64,000 nt of DNA from an uncultured Flavobacteriales bacterium (GCA_963814325.1 CAWFCK010000017.1:47855-111854), one strand, 5' to 3'; shown: positions 48,930-60,266, counted from the first letter of the stretch. The notes: a model not told the origin generated them from the letters alone. Program-made: numbers and translations.

Positions 48930-50465
48930 ATGCTACGGCAAGCCATTGCGCTCGGCCTTGTTTGTGTGTTGCACGGGAGTATGTGCTCCCGTGCAACCGC
49001 ACAGGGCTTTAACAAGAGGTATGACGTCATGTCACCGGGTTGGTGGCAAGTGGCATTCGCAATAGAGCAAGGAGCTAGTGGCAGCTATTACATTATCGGA
49101 GGAGCTCCGCGGGTTGACTCCTTGTACGCTAGTTCGACTGTTCAGATCATCACGCTGAATCAGCTGGGCGATACCATCTCGGTTTCACGCAATGCTGTGT
49201 TGAATGATGCGGCTGCGTATCCGGGTGCCTACAACTCGGCAGTCACACTCGGTGATGGGCGCATTGTGGTTTGCGGTAGTACATATAGCCCCGACCTGAT
49301 CTCGCGCATAGCCTTCTATTGGTTCGATCCAAATGGTATTGCACAGAACTACGTGGAACTTGACCTTCCCTCCAATTGGGTGGGTAGGCATTTGAAGGCT
49401 ACCCCGGACGGCGGCTTCATCATTGTGGGCGATACGTATGATGGCGGGCCGGAGGATGCTTTCATCATGAAGACGGATAGTGCGGGTACTCCGGAGTGGT
49501 GGCAAGTACATGGGTTGCCAGGGCGTCGGGATTTTTTCTTCTCCGTAGATCTTGCGCCACAAGGGGGTTACTACATCGGTGGGAATGTAAGCGTGAACTC
49601 AGGGCAGTACGATCCGTGGGTGCTCATGTGCGACAGCACAGGTGCGGTGGTGTGGGAATTCACGCACGGCACACCCTACGAGGATTTCTCCCGTGCCCAG
49701 GTTACCGGCCTTGCCGATGGTGCCGCGATCGTGGGTTCCGGATTGCCAAGCGGAACGTTTGGGAACCAATGGGCACAGTTGTTCAAGGTAGATAGCAATG
49801 GCACTATTCTCTGGGACAAGCCTATGATGTGGATTCGTACAGCACAACGCTGACCCAGGTGAAGGAGATCACATCGAGTGGTGACCTGATAGCTTGTGGA
49901 CTGAGCTTCGCGTCCAATGTGACAGACGGCATACTCTTGCGCACTAACCACGATGGTGATAGTATCTGGATGCGGCACTATTTCTATGTCGACAGTTTGA
50001 TGGACGATGGCACTGGGCAGCTTAATGATGTGGAACCGACAGATGATGGTGGATTCATTGCGGTGGGTACGGCTTTGGGCAGTGCGAGCGGCAATAATCC
50101 ACCAGGGCCTTACGCAGGACATCTGGGTAGTGAAGGTGGATAGTCTGGGTTGCATCATCCCCGGCTGCGATGACTTCAGCACAGTGATCACGGTACAGGC
50201 CACGAACTTGGGGAGCGCATTATCGGTGTACCCGAACCCGGCACGCCAAAGCACTACGGTGAAGGTCACGCTATCTGCGGGTTCGTCTTTGGTGGCCGAC
50301 CTGCGCTTGCGGTTGGTGAGCGCGCAAGGGCAGGAAGTGCTGGTGCAACGCGCCGCGATCGGCGAGAACCAATTGTCGCTTCATGAACTGGCTGGGGGCA
50401 TCTACTACCTTCACCTCACCAGTGGCAGCACTTGGATGAGCGGTGTTAAATTGGTGGTGGAGTGA
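48930..50465 (+). CDS. T9SS cargo protein 'B2', paralog of B1, frameshifted
   Basis: Signal peptide ending RATAQ; TPDGGFIIVG/IMKTDSAG repeats; GNNPPG..QDIWVVKVDSLGCIIPGC; CTD ending KLVVE. Confidence 0.8.
50248..50402 (+). repeat. 155-bp direct repeat, copy 2 (B2 CTD)
   Basis: Matches 48071-48225. Confidence 0.9.
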
Positions 50466-51692
50466 TCACTCTGCCCCCAATCCCAGCGAGTGCCCCATCT
50501 TCAACTTCTTCGTCAGTAGGTAGTGCCGGTTGTGCTCGTTGGCAGCGATCTCGATGGCGATGTTCTCCGTGATCTCCAGGCCATAGCCGACGAGTCCCGT
50601 GCGTTTCTTCGGATTGTTCGTCATCAACTTCATGCGGCGCACGCCGAGGTCGAACAGGATCTGAGCGCCCACACCGTAGTCGCGCGTGTCGTTATCGAAG
50701 CCGAGGAGGCGGTTGGCCTCCACGGTGTCGATGCCTTCCTGTTGCAGTTTGTAGGCGCGCAGTTTGTTGATCAGCCCGATGCCGCGACCTTCCTGGTGCA
50801 TGTACAGCACCACACCTTTGCCTGCGCGCTCCACCATCTCCATGGCCGCATGCAGTTGGGGTCCGCAATCGCAGCGCTGGCTGCCGAAGATGTCGCCGGT
50901 GACGCAGCTGCTGTGCACGCGCACCAGCACCGGTTCATCGGGCCGCCAGGTGCCTTTCACCAGCGCGAGGTGCTCTTCGCCGTTATCGATCTGGCGGTAG
51001 GCATGCAGTTCGAACTCGCCGTGTTCGGTCGGGAGCTTCACATCCACCACGCGCTCCACGAGGCGTTCGTTGCGCATGCGGTAGGCCACCAGGTCGGCGA
51101 TGGTGATCAGCTTCAGGCCGAAGCGTTCGGCTATAACGCGCAATTGTGGCAGGCGGGCCATGGAGCCATCCTCGTTCAGGATCTCCACGATCAGGCCGGC
51201 GGGCCCAAGCCCCGCGAGCCGGGAAGAGATCAACGGCGGCCTCGGTGTGGCCGGTGCGACGTAGCACGCCACCATCCCGTGCCCGCAGCGGGAAGATGTG
51301 ACCTGGGCGCGCGAGGTCGTCGGCGTGGGTGGCGGGATCGATCAGGGCCTGGATGGTCTTGCTGCGGTCGCTGGCGCTGATGCCCGTGGTGGTGCCGCGC
51401 CCTTTCACGATCCACGCTCACGGTGAAGGGCGTCTGGTGCAGGGCGGTGTTGTCGCGCACCATCAGTTCAAGGCCCAGTTCGGCGCATCGCTGCTCGGTG
51501 AGCGAAACACAGATGAGCCCACGGCCATGGGTGGCCATGAAGTTCACCACTTCCGGGCGTGGCGTTATGCGCGGCCGTCAGGAAGTCGCCTTCGTTCTCG
51601 CGATCCTCGTCGTCCACCACGATCACCACACGGCCTGCGCGGATCTCCTCGATGGCGCTCTCAATGGTGTCGAACTCTCCGGTATGTGCCAT
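50466..51692 (-). CDS. ribBA: Bifunctional DHBP synthase / GTP cyclohydrolase II (frameshifted)
   Basis: [63 protein letters not shown]. Confidence 0.95.
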
Positions 51693-51742
51693 GTGCAGAA
51701 GGACCCGCAGCGGTCCGGACATGGACCGATGGGGGGACGAAG

Positions 51743-52948
51743 TTAGGAAGCTGGGGCAGGCGGGTCGGGGCGGGGCACCGAGCGAATGAGGCGATCGAGG
51801 TCATCGGCACTGCGTTCCCAGTCGAAATGTTCGCGCACGAAGGTGTAGCCATTGCCGGCGATCCGTTCACGTTCGGCGGGGTCCACCAGCAGTCGCAGGA
51901 TGTGCTCGGCGTAGGTCGCCGGTTCCGAACCCAATAGGATGCTCACGTTGGGCTCGGCCCCCACGGCGTTGTTCGCCAGGGCGCTGGTGACGCACGGCAT
52001 GCGCATGGCCATGGCCTCCAATAACTTGTTCTGCAGTCCAGTGCCGATCTGCATGGGAGCGGCGAACACCCGGGCACAGGCATACGCATCACGGATGTCC
52101 GGCACGCGCCCACTGACCGTGATCAGCGGGTCGACCTTGGCCAATTCGCGCACCTGGGGCGACTGGGATCCACGCCGCTGATGAGCAGCGACGTACCCGG
52201 CCGCTGTTTGCGAACGATGGGGAGCACGTTGTTGACCAGATAAAGCACGCTGTCGATGTTCGGCGGATAGTTCATGTTGCCGGTGAAGAGCAGGTCATGC
52301 GTCTTCTCCGCATCGCGTGGGCTGAAGTAGGTGGTGTCGACACCATTCGGGATCACGGCCACCTGATCGCGCGCCGGGTGGTAGAGCAGGTCGCGGTCCT
52401 GTGCGCTGATGATCACGTGCCGGTCGAACAGGTCGAGCATCAGGTTCTCGTAGGCGATCAGCCGTCGCGTTTCCGTCTGCATCAGAGGGCGGCTCCAAAA
52501 GCTTGCGTTCTCCGTTCGCCGTTCCATGCCCTTGCTCAGGGTGTCCATGTAATCCAACGTTTTCGGCAGATCGTAATGGTGCCGCACGTATTCGGTGGTG
52601 CGCACAAGCTGGCACAGCACATGGTCGGGCTTGAAGTTGGCGATCACATCATCGATGGCCCGCTGCGCGATGCGATGGTGGAAGTAGGCCACCTGGAAAG
52701 GGAGCCGGGAGAAGGCCGAGGTGGCCAGTCGGGCCAGGATGCGCCATCGCGCCAGGCGCACCACCTGGATGTGCGCGCAGATGGCCCGCAGATGGTCCAG
52801 GTGCTCCGGGCATCACGCGCTGGTCGGTGAGGCAGAACAGGTACACCTCATGCCGCATGGCGAGGCGCTTCACCAAGTGATAGGCCCGCAACTTGTCGCC
52901 CTTTTCCAAAGGAAAGGGTACACGCGAGAGCACGACCAGCAGCTTCAT
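51743..52948 (-). CDS. Glycosyltransferase family 4 (frameshifted)
   Basis: [24 protein letters not shown]; [10 protein letters not shown]; [14 protein letters not shown]. Confidence 0.88.
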
Positions 52949-54150
52949 GCCTTGCCCAGCGAGTCGGAAGAAGGCGATGAGGTCGCGCACGATGATGTCG
53001 TTCGAGTAGTGCGACAGGACCAGTTCGCGGGCCTGTTGGCCGATGCGTGTGGCGAGGGTGGGGTCGTCGATGATGGAACCGATGCTGCGGGCCATCGCCT
53101 CAGGCGTGTCCGCGAGCAACACATCGCGCCCATCCTGGCACGCGATGCCTTCGGCTCCCATGGTGGTGCTGATCACGCACTTGCCCATGGCCATGCCCTC
53201 GATGATCTTCACGCGCATGCCGCCGCCACTGAACAGGGGCACCACCATCACATGGTGCTGGGCCATGAAGTGATCCGCGTTCTCCACGCGACCCATCACG
53301 GACAAGCCGGGCATCTTCAGGTCGATGAGGTCCTGCGGCATTTTGTTGCCGGCCAGATGCAACTGGGCCTTGGGATGTGCATGGGTCACCTGCGGCCACA
53401 CCTTCGTCACCAGCCAGCGGATACCTTCCTCGTTCGGCAACCAGTCCATGCTGCCCAGGTGGAAGAAGACCGGTGCCCCCTTCGGGTTCCTGGCTCGCGT
53501 ACTGATGCCGGGTCCACACCAAAGGGAATGGTGACCACCGGTGTTTTACCACCATAGGACATCAGGTGTTCTGCATCGCCTGGGGTGATGGCGGCCACAC
53601 CATCCACGCGCTGCAGCACGGCCACCTCATATTGTTTCAACTGTTTCGCCAGGAAACGGCGATAGGGCTTCTTGAAGAAGTTCGTCTCCCCGTGCGCAAT
53701 GCGCTCCTGGATCACGTGCTCCAGGTTGTGCGACCGCAGGATGATGCGCGCCTTGGTGTACCGCCGGATGGTGGCGATGTACGGCGTCATGAACAGGCTC
53801 TCGAGGATGACCACATCGAACTTCTCGCGGGACAGCAGCCGGATCAACCGGATGTCCATGTCGGGCGAGAAGAAGCGACTGATGTTGTAGTTGTCCGCGG
53901 TCACCAGGTCGGTGAAGGCGTCCACGATGTTCAGGCTTGTGTCCACATAGATGCCTTCCATGCTTCGTGGGTTCGAGGATGTCGGGCGGAACGATGGTCG
54001 GCATCGAAGCGGATGTTTCGGCGTGCTGATGCAGAGCACCTTTACGTCATGGCCATTATGCAAAAGCCCCAGGGTGATGCCGTACATCGCCTTGGTGCCC
54101 CCGTCGATGGGCGGGTAGGGGGGCTTATTGCAGAGTTGGAGGATGCGCAC
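52945..54150 (-). CDS. Glycosyltransferase family 4 (frameshifted)
   Basis: GTG start RILQLCNKPPYPPIDGG; MDWLPN-EGI-W; SGGGMRVKIIEGMAMG. Confidence 0.88.
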
Positions 54151-55574
54151 GGGTGGAGCGGAGGGAGCGCAATTTATCCCACACGCGGGCATACGCATCG
54201 GCATCCAGCAGAGGACTGTCGGTGGCGGCCTTCCAGGTGAGGAAGGCGCCAATGGGCAACAGCACGAAGGTGCTGATCCACATGCCCGGGGAACGGCGAC
54301 AGCTCGCCGGCCTTCACGAGTTGTTCGGTGGAGTAGGAGATGATGTGGAAGAGCAGGAAGAAGACGATGGCGAACACCGTGGGCAGGCCCATGCCTCCCT
54401 TGCGCACGATGGCGCCCAGCGGCGCCCCGATGAAGAAGAAGATGAAGCAGGCCACGGCGAGCATCAGCTTCCGGTGCCATTCGATGCGGAACTTGGTGAG
54501 CTGTGAAAGCCGTCCGTCGCGCTCCTCCATCGTGCGATCGATGAAGTTGATCGTATTGCGCACCTGATCGGCGGCCAGGCCGTACAGTTCACGCCGCTGC
54601 CCGGCCTGAAGTCCGCCAAGGAACTTCCGCATCTGCTTGTATTCCCCGGGGGCACCGGCGCTGGCGCTGTCGCGGGTGGTGAAGAGCCCGTTCCGCAGGT
54701 AGTGCTCCTGTTGCAAACGCCGCTGTTCGAACTTCGCCACCAGGCTGTCCTCGGCGTTCTGCAGCTGTCCGAGCGTCAGCATTTTGTAATGGTCCTTGAA
54801 GAGGTCCTCATCGGTGCGCTTCATGCCCAGGCTGGTCATATCCAAGCGGATCTCATCGCGCTCGAACCTTCCGCGCAACACCGGCATGTTCGCACCATGG
54901 CCTTGCGGGCCGTTATCGCGTTCGTCGTAGATATACCCGTTATCCAGTTCCAACACCAGGAAGTGGCCGTCGGTGCTGCGCTTCATGCGTCCATGCTCGG
55001 CGCGCACCACGGTGCGATCGGCCTGGTTGATCTGCCGGTGGTCGTAGATCAGCACATCATCCAGGCGCCCGGTCTCCTCGTCCTTACCCATCACGCGGAT
55101 GGTGAATCCTTCGATCCCGCTGTAGAACACCCCCGGCTGCAGGTTCAACGCTGGCTTCTTCTTGGTCACATCCCATAACAGACTTTGGAACTTCAGGTTC
55201 GCGATGGGTAGCACGTTGTTGCTGAAGTAGAAGGAGAAGCCGGCGATGCCGAAGGCGAACAGCGTAAGCGGGAACAGGATGCGGAACAGCCCGAGCCCGG
55301 CGCTGCGCATGGGCGTTAGTTCGCTGCGCTCGCCCAGGCCGCCCATGGTCATGATGGAACTCAGCAACACGGCCAGTGGTATCGCCAGCGGAACGAAGCT
55401 GGCCGTGGCGTAGGTGAGCAACTGCACAATGGTGAACCACGGCAGGCCTTTGCCCATCAGGTCATCCACATACTTCCACAGGAACTGCATGCTAAGGATG
55501 AAGAGCACGATGATGAACGACACGAAGAGCGGGCCCAAAAAGACCCGGATCATCATGAGGTGCAGTTTCTTCAT
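54125..55574 (-). CDS. LptF/LptG family LPS export permease
   Basis: MQFLWKYVDDLMGKGL, GERSEL-PMRSAG, FFFIGAPLGAIVRKGGMGLP; 3' end lies in a shifted frame. Confidence 0.92.
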
Positions 55575-55706
55575 CGGAGACGCGGCAAAGCTATCCGCTC
55601 AACCGGCGTGGTAGAGCGAAAGGACCGTGCCGATCCGCCGCTGCTGGTCACGCAGGCCCCATGCCTGCACGTCCGGTACGTATGCGGAAGTCGCGGAATT
55701 GCTCAC

Positions 55707-56710
55707 TTATGCGCCCAACACGCGCTGCAGCGTGTGGATCTGAGAATCCCACAAGGCCTTGGCCTCGTCCATGTCCTTGGGCCACGCATGGTCGGTGACG
55801 ACCAGACAGGTCTCGTTGGTCATGGGGTCAATGCGGATGCGCAGTTCGAAATACGAACCGGGGTCCTCGTCCGTCTCCCATTGGAAGCGGATCAGTTCCC
55901 CGAATCGACGGCTGAGGCATTGCGCCACCTGCTCATCGTTGCCCCAGCGGAAGGTGAACTGGTCACCTCGCACGTCCACATCATCACAGAACCATTCACT
56001 GAATCCGCTCGGTGAGCTGATCAGGTCGTATAGCGAACTGGGCGTAGCGCGCAGGTAGAATTCCATTAGAAAACGCTCCTTCATGGGGCGCTTTAGAGTG
56101 CGGGCGGGTGCGCCGAGCGGTTCGATGCCGGTCATTACAGCGATCACGGGCTCCTTGGGCTTGGCTTCGGCCTTGGAGGCCTTTCCCTTGGCCACCGCGG
56201 GCGCTTTGGCAGCCGGCGCAGCCACAGGTGCGGATCTGGCCGGAACTGCCGGGGCGACGGCCTTTGTGGGAACGACCTTCAGGGCCACCGTGGCCTTTGG
56301 GGCAGGAGCGGGGGATTTAGACGTGGGTGCAGGTACCGGCTTTGCGGTAGGCGCCTTGGGCGCGGGCTTCACTGGTGCGGTCGCTTTGGCCGGGGCCTTG
56401 GCCGGTAGTTTCGGGGCTACTTTCTTCTGGGGAACAGCGGACTTCACCGGCCTTTTTTGCCGTGGGCTTCACCACCTTTTTCGGAGTGGCTTTCACCACT
56501 TTTACCACCTTCTTCGGGGCCGGTGTCGCGGGCTTCTTCTTCGCTACAGGCTTGGCCTTGGGCGAGGGTTTAGAGGCCTTTTTCGCAGCGCCCTTGCCTT
56601 TGCCGGCAGGCCTTGGTAACCACCTTCTTCTTCACGGATGAGGCCTTCCTGGCAGCCGGCTTGGCTTTCGCTGGGGTTTTCTTCTTTACGGCCGACTTCT
56701 TCTTCGCCAT
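55707..56710 (-). CDS. START-like domain protein with a long K/A/P-rich N-terminal extension (frameshifts in the extension)
   Basis: C-terminal ERFLMEFY-ATPSSLYDLISSPSGFSEWFCDDV...LWDSQIHTLQRVLGA; N-terminal MAKKKSAVKKKTPAKAKPAARK... Confidence 0.8.
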
Positions 56711-56802
56711 GGGTCCCGATCGTGCATTGGTCTGCGGGCAAGGTAAGAAGATGCTTCACCTGTGCAAGTCGTGAAGGGGCTTCTCCAGTGGATCCTTGTT
56801 TT

Positions 56803-56811
56803 TATATTCGC
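56803..56811 (+). promoter_or_regulatory. -7 promoter element for tRNA-Met
   Basis: TATATTCGC 11 nt upstream of the tRNA. Confidence 0.6.
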
Positions 56812-56822
56812 GGCCCCAATTT

Positions 56823-56896
56823 GGCGCGGTAGCTCAGCTGGTTAGAGCGCGTGATTCATAATCACGAGGTCGGGAGTTCAAGTCTCCCCCGCGCTA
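56823..56896 (+). tRNA. tRNA-Met (CAT), elongator-type
   Basis: Acceptor stem GGCGCGG/CCGCGCT; anticodon arm CGTGA-TTCATAA-TCACG; T-loop GTTCAAGTC; lacks the initiator GGG/CCC anticodon stem. Confidence 0.93.
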
Positions 56897-56897
56897 C

Positions 56898-56922
56898 AAG
56901 GCCACCTTCGGGTGGCCTTTTT
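56898..56922 (+). terminator. Intrinsic terminator after tRNA-Met
   Basis: AAGGCCACC-TTCG-GGTGGCCTT followed by TTT. Confidence 0.85.
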
Positions 56923-56935
56923 CGTTCCAAGCCCC

Positions 56936-57361
56936 ATGTCCCACAAGCTCCTTTTCATCGCGTCCATCCTCGCCCTCACCGCTTGCCAGCAGCCCTTCGG
57001 CCCCCAGGACGAGGCCGCCATCCGCAGTGTAATGGCCGACCAGGAGAAGGCCTGGGACCGCGGCGACATCCCCGCCTTCATGCAGGGTTACGCGGACAGC
57101 ATCTGCTTCATCAGCCGCACCGGCCGCACCTGCGGCAAACAGGCGGTCACCGAGCATTACCTGAAGACCTATCCCGACAAGGCCACCATGGGCGATCTGG
57201 ATTTCGGTGGACTGGAAGTGCTGGGCGCTGACCCCGATCACGCCTGGTGCACCGGCACCTGGGAACTGCGCCGCGCGCAGGACACCATCGGCGGCGGCTT
57301 CAGCCTGTTCTGGGCCAGAGGGGCGGAAGGGTGGCGGATCGTGCGGGACCATACGTACTAA
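56936..57361 (+). CDS. NTF2-like (DUF4440/YybH) lipoprotein
   Basis: Lipobox LTAC; QEKAWDRGDIPAFMQGY, YP-KATMG-LDF, WRIVRDHT. Confidence 0.85.
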   Translation: MSHKLLFIASILALTACQQPFGPQDEAAIRSVMADQEKAWDRGDIPAFMQGYADSICFISRTGRTCGKQAVTEHYLKTYPDKATMGDLDFGGLEVLGADPDHAWCTGTWELRRAQDTIGGGFSLFWARGAEGWRIVRDHTY

Positions 57362-57372
57362 TAGGTGAGCCG

Positions 57373-57659
57373 AGCCAGCAGCCAGCAGCCAAAGGCCAGT
57401 AGCCAGAACCGAGACTCCGTCACGCAAGCCAGCAGCCAGCAGCCAAAGGCCAGTAGCCAAATCCGCGACTGCGTAAGCCGAGCCAGCAGCCAGCAGCCAA
57501 AGGCCAGTAGCCAGAACCGAGACTCCGTCACGCAAGCCTGCCAGCCAGCAGCCAAAGGCCAGTAGCCAAATCCGCGACTGCGTAAGCCGAGCCAGCAGCC
57601 AGCAGCCAAAGGCCAATAGCCAAAACCGCGACTGCGTAAGCCGTGCCAGCAGCCAGAAC
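57373..57659. repeat. Tandem array of ~5.3 x 54-bp units built from AGCCAGC-type heptamers, with alternating A/B variants
   Basis: Units start at 57373, 57427, 57481, 57535, 57590 and 57644 (partial). Confidence 0.92.
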
Positions 57660-57724
57660 AGTACCTGCGGCGATCAACCAGCGCCCCTATCTTTCCCGGC
57701 GTTAGTGGAACATTCCATATTTCA

Positions 57725-58344
57725 ATGACCTACGCCATCATCGGTTTCACCGTGCTCATTTCACTCCTGGCGTTCCGCGATCGGAAGGTCTTCGACAGCA
57801 TGGTCTTCGAGCCGTTCACCATCAATACCCAGCAGGACTGGTTCCGGTTATTGACACATGGGTTCATCCATGGCAACATGCCGCACCTGGCGGTCAACAT
57901 GTTCGTGCTGTTCATGTTCGGCCCAACTGGTTGAGCGGGGCTACATGGAACTCACCGGGCGCAGCAGCCTGTTGCCCTTCATCATCCTCTACATCGCCGG
58001 GCATCACGCTCAGTTCGCTGCCCGGCTACTACAAGCACCGGTGGGACCCGAGTACCGCGCCGTGGGTGCCTCCGGCGCCACCAGTGCCGTGGTGTTCGCC
58101 AGCCATCCTGATGTACCCCACCAACACCATGTACCTGTTGATCCTGCCTATACCCGCACCGGCCTGGGTCTTCGGTTTGCTCTATCTCGGCGTATGAGTG
58201 GTACATGGGACAAGCGCGGCAGTGATGGCATCGCGCATGATGCGCACTTCGCCGGCGCCTTGGTGGGCATCCTCTTCACGCCATTGCTGGATCCCGGCGT
58301 GGCTGGGCCGCTTCGTGGAGGCGTTTCCGGAACCATTCGCATGA
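57725..58344 (+). CDS. Rhomboid family intramembrane serine protease (frameshifted)
   Basis: WFRLLTHGFIHGN-PHLAVNMFVLFMFG; AVGASGA catalytic Ser; IAHDAHFAGAL catalytic His. Confidence 0.9.
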
Positions 58345-58838
58345 GCGGCAGGCCGGCCATATTCCTGGACCGCGATGGGGTGATCAACCGCGAGCGCGGC
58401 GAACATACGTGGCGGATGGAGGACTTCGAAGTACTGCCCGACGGTGGCCGAGGCGCTCAAGGCGATCGATGCGAGCGGTCGACTGATCGTGTGATCACTA
58501 ACCAGAGCGGCATCGGGCTCGGGGCTTGTACGGGCAAGCCGAGGTTGAACGCCTGCACGACTTATCTTCACGCGCAGCTCGCCGCACAGGGCGCGGCCAT
58601 CGACGCGGTGTACTACTGTCCCCACCATCCCACCGCAAGGGCGCTGTCTCTGCCGCAAGCCGGGATCGCTGTTGCTGGAGCGGGCCATCGCCCGGCTACG
58701 GTATCGATGCCTCAGCTCCGTGATGATCGGTGATCGTGACCGTGACGTGCGAAGCGGCCGAGGCGGTCGGCGTGAGAGGCATCCTGGTGGAGCCGAAACG
58801 CCCTTCTATGGACGTATGCAGACCAAACGATGATCTGA
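58341..58838 (+). CDS. HAD-IIIA family phosphatase (GmhB-like), frameshifted
   Basis: AIFLDRDGVIN, VITNQSGIG, YYCPHHP, MIGD. Confidence 0.85.
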
Positions 58839-59683
58839 TGGATGGGGCGGTGATCGTCAATGGCGAACTGGTGCCGGCGGCCAGCCGGCGATCAGCTCGG
58901 ACAATCGCGCGTTCCATTATGGCGATGGCATTTTTGAGAGCATCCGCGTGATGGACGGTGAGGCGTGCTTCCTGGATGCGCATTGGACGCGATTGGTCGA
59001 AGGCATGAAAGTGCTGCGCATCCAGCATGCCGAGCTGCATTGGACCGTACCTCGCCTCGAGGAATACATACGGAAGTTGTGGATGGAATGCGGCCTGCCG
59101 AACGGTCGTGCACGCCTTACGGTGTACCGCGATTCGCCCGGCTACTTCCGTCCGCGCACGCATGAAGGACGGCTTCACCTGGAACTGCAGCCGGTGCCTT
59201 CGCCCGGGTATCATCCTCAATGCACCAGGGCTACACCGTTGACCTCTACCCTGAGATGCGCAAGGCGGTGAACATGCTCAGCGTGCACAAGACACTGAAT
59301 TGCCAGCTGTACGTGATGGCCAGCCTGTGGGCGATGGAGCGCGGGCTGGACGACTGCCTGTGCAGAACGACCGCGGCAACATCATCGAGAGCAGTTCGGG
59401 CAACATCTTCATCGTGAGCAATGGGGTGCTGTACACGCCTTCGCTCGCGGATGGTTGCATCGGCGGCGTGATGCGCATGCAGGTGATCAACCTGGCCCTC
59501 GCGAACGGCATCAAGGTGTACGAGTGCTCGCTGAACCCGCAGAACCTGCTGGCGGCGGATGAGGTGTTCTTCACCAATGCCACGCGCGGCATCCAGTGGG
59601 TTGGGGCGTACCGCACCAAGCGGTATGCGCATCGCATGGCGCTGCACCTCACGGACCTGCTGGTGAAGAAGGCGCTCAGTTGA
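58838..59683 (+). CDS. Aminotransferase class IV (PabC/IlvE-like), frameshifted
   Basis: HYGDG-FES, HWTRL, HKTLN, IIESSSGNIF, TPSLADGCIGGVMR, ADEVFFTNA. Confidence 0.88.
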
Positions 59684-60266
59684 GCGACGGGTCGTCCGGG
59701 AAGTTCGCCAGCGGTGCGAAGGGTGCGCCCATGGCCCGCAGCGTATCGCCCCACAGATCGTTGGGCGCGTGTCCATGATGCGGCGCTTGTTCGCGGCGGG
59801 ATATCAGCCAGGCGCGCTCGTTCAGTTCCTTGCTCAGCTGGTCCTGTGCCCCACCCGCTGTAGCCGACGAAGAAGCGTACGTGCTTGGCGAGCTTCGGAT
59901 CGGTGGCGAGCATGCTGCGCAACTGTTCGAAGTCGCCGCCCATATGCACGCCATCCACCACTTTCACACTGCCCTCCACGCGGGCGCCGAGGGTGTGCAG
60001 GTAATAGAGGTTGCCGCTCTGCACCGGGCCACCGATGCTCACGCGGCTCTGGATGGGCGGCATGTTCTCCATCAGGTCCGCGACGTCCATGTCGATGTAC
60101 CGGTTCAGCACGAAGCCGAAGGAACCTTCGCGATCATGCGCGCAGAGCAGCACCACCGTGCGGCGGAAATACGGGTCGGTGAGGAAGGGGCCGCTGACGA
60201 GCAGGCGACCCGCGCGCCGGCGCGAGGAGCGTTGTCGGGGTCGAGGTCGAGTCTGTCGGTGGACAT
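59676..60266 (-). CDS. YqgE/AlgH family protein (frameshifted)
   Basis: DPYFRRTVVLLC-H-GSFGFVLN, IGGPV, RFFVGYSGW, ANFPDDPSLN*. Confidence 0.92.

Noticed and set aside
48071-50402. DGR template/variable repeat pair (3 of 4 mismatches are A in B2)
   Set aside because: There are too few differences, most adenines are unchanged, both copies are coding CTDs, and no reverse transcriptase is visible
56894-57616. Minus-strand ORF with LATGLWLLAAG repeats
   Set aside because: It is a by-product of the 54-bp array and is antisense to the NTF2-like gene
57373-57659. Possible CRISPR array (constant ~34-nt repeat with ~20-nt spacers)
   Set aside because: The spacers are short, repeated and similar to each other, the repeat is a heptamer tandem, and no cas genes are present in the window
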